Part shown: piece after piece, positions 61,920 to 64,000 of the stretch
Layout of the letters: each line of letters begins with the position of its first letter
Numbering within the stretch: position 1 is the stretch's first letter
NCBI GenBank assembly: GCA_964016885.1
Contig: OZ024742.1
Coordinates: forward strand, 252,898,001 to 252,962,000
Source: Eledone cirrhosa
Lineage: Eukaryota
Direction of reading: 5' to 3'
Length of the DNA: 64,000 nucleotides
Notes under the pieces: generated by a model
What the model saw: only the letters and a program-made list of their open reading frames with translations
What the model was told of the DNA's origin: nothing
The model's database searches: none
Translations under genes and position numbers: made by a program

Positions 61920-62790
61920 TAAAAAAAAATTATCAGCAATTAAATGTATTAAACTAAGATTTTATTGTTTTATATTTTGTATCTCGGCTCTGTAATACAT
62001 TTGAAAATTTACATTGAGCCTTTTCTCCTACCGGTAACTGGCTAGTACTTAGTACTACCATCCATATTTATAATCATATATAAGTATAAATATTATTATT
62101 ATTACTATGTATGTATAATATCTGCCCTACGTGTTTTCTTCCAACAAAAATCCATGCAAGATGTAAATATCCGTTGATATGAGATATTCGTTGATATCCG
62201 TTGATATGAGAACCCGTGGGGGTGATGTTATACAAATGAAATACGCATAATAAAATGAATAGGGATGGGCAAATGATACCGTCTTTCTTGTTTATTATTA
62301 TAACCCGCCGAGGTTAACTTTGCCTTTCATCCTTATGGATCGATAAAATAAAGTACCAGTAATACACTGCGTAATTGCTGGCCTTGTGCCAAATTAGAAA
62401 CAATTATTATAATAAAACTCCGGATAAACATAAACTGTTGAGTGTTTGTCATCTCTTATGAAAGAGTCGGCAGATTTTCAATCACCCAACTTTCCTTAGT
62501 TGAATAAATATATGTATGTATATATATGTATATTTTCTTTAATATTGCAACATTAAAGGAATATACCCTTCTGAAAGAATCGCGAGCAATTTATAATGTT
62601 ATTTAAGCATTGGTAATGTTATTTATGTATATATTTAAAACATATTTGCTATGTTATTCTACTGTAAATTTATGTATATGCTTTGTATATATTATATATA
62701 CACAAATAATGAATCTGTATATTAAAATATCGTTTGTATTATTCAATCAGTTTATTGAACAACTAGAATGCTCATCGTCAAGTACTTTAT

Positions 62791-62792
<2 letters not shown>
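61920..62792. repeat. Second copy of the 10450-11895 repeat ends with a different interior (includes SINE fragment 62305-62405)
   Basis: End segments near-identical to 10450-10550 and 11679-11895. Confidence 0.7.
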
Positions 62793-62875
<83 letters not shown>

Positions 62876-62970
62876 AATCTATATATATGTATATATATGT
62901 ATGTATATCTATATGTATATGTGTGTGTGTATGTATATATATGTGTGTATGTATGAATATATATGTATAT
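62793..62970. repeat. (TA)n(TG)n compound microsatellite
   Basis: Direct reading of the sequence. Confidence 0.92.
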
Positions 62971-64000
62971 ACATTCTTCTGGAAAGGAAGAGATGAAGGA
63001 ACCAGAAGAGAGGCTGGGGTAGGATTTGCTGTTAAGACTGTTCTTGTGAATAAATTAGAAGAATTCCCAGTAGGGATTAGTGAGCGTCTTATGTCCATGA
63101 GAATTCCGCTGGACAAAGGAAGATATGCGACCCTGGTGAGTGTGTATGCTCCAACTATGAATTCTGTCGATGAAGAAAAAGTGTCCTTTTACCATGCCTT
63201 GAAAGGTGTTTTAAGAAATATCCCTCAGGCAGACAAAGTCATCGTGCTTGGTGACTTTAATGCTAGAGTGGGTAGCGATTTTAACACATGGAATGTAATC
63301 GGAAGGCATGGGGTGGGAAAGTGTAACAACAATGGTATGCTCCTGCTGCAGATGTGTGAGGAGCTGGATCTGTGTGTTACCAACACCATGTTCCAACAAA
63401 AGAACAAATTCAAGACCACATGGATGCATCCTGCATCTAAGGAATGGCATCTTTTGGACTACGTCCTAGTCAGGATGCGTGACAGACAGGATGTGCAGTG
63501 TGTTCATGCTCTTCGTGGAGCTGAGTGCTGGACGGACCACCGCCTTGTACGCGCAAAAGTGAAACTAATCACTAAACGTAAAATCCGGGCTCCTGGTGTT
63601 GCCCTGCCCAAAAGATTGAACGCTGCTCGTCTTAAGGATAAAAATGTGAAGAGGACATTGGAAGAAGAGATGCAGGCTGCAGATCTTCGTGAGGATTGGC
63701 CGACCCTTAAAAAGTCGGTTTATGATGTAGGCGTGTTCTGGGATTGGTGCAGAGAAAACATCAGGACTGGTTTAATGAGAATGATGCACATATAGAAGAC
63801 TTGTTGGCTGATAAGAGGCGTGCTCTGTCACGCTACTTGACGGCAAAACCACAGGAGAGGAATACGTTACATGAGGAACTCAAGGATGTAAAATCACGTG
63901 TTAGGCGGAGTCTTTCTCAGATGAAAGATCAGTGGTGGAGTGAGAAGGCTGGTGAGATACAAACTGCGTCAGATTCCAATAACACAAAGCTGTTGTACAG
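62967..64000 (+). mobile_element. RTE-BovB LINE, APE endonuclease region; 5'-truncated and runs off the window
   Basis: YTFFWKG, GVGFAVK, SERLM, SVYAPT, LGDFNARVG, TTWMHP..K.WHLLDY, CWTDHRLV; frameshift near 63735. Confidence 0.92.

Noticed and set aside
62833-62966. N-terminal CV/YI extension of the 320-aa ORF as part of a real protein
   Set aside because: Microsatellite read-through into a 5'-truncated BovB endonuclease.

Overview
Eukaryotic, AT-rich, repeat-dense window. It is most likely from a coleoid cephalopod (Octopus-like), inferred from the tandem C2H2 zinc-finger gene, abundant RTE LINEs, tRNA-derived SINEs with RTE tails and (TA)n/(CA)n tracts. The only convincing host gene is a 12-finger C2H2 ZNF (4644-5753, minus). 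The rest is mobile or repetitive DNA: several RTE LINEs (one with an unbroken ~2.7-kb RT frame carrying a PHD finger inside the RT), RTE-BovB, CR1-like and CRE-like fragments, two Penelope-like elements with hammerhead ribozymes, a near-complete but disabled Gypsy LTR element with a -1 frameshift pseudoknot, mariner/MITE/Helitron remnants and SINEs. The most unusual feature is a ~27-kb block (16.9-43.8 kb) in which one modular foldback element appears in three states: a 1.1-kb element with a telomere-like core, a copy whose core has expanded into a 4.1-kb hexamer array, and a ~19-kb satellite of ~900-bp monomers with a ~3.75-kb higher-order repeat. All calls come from reading the sequence by eye; no searches were run and element boundaries are approximate.
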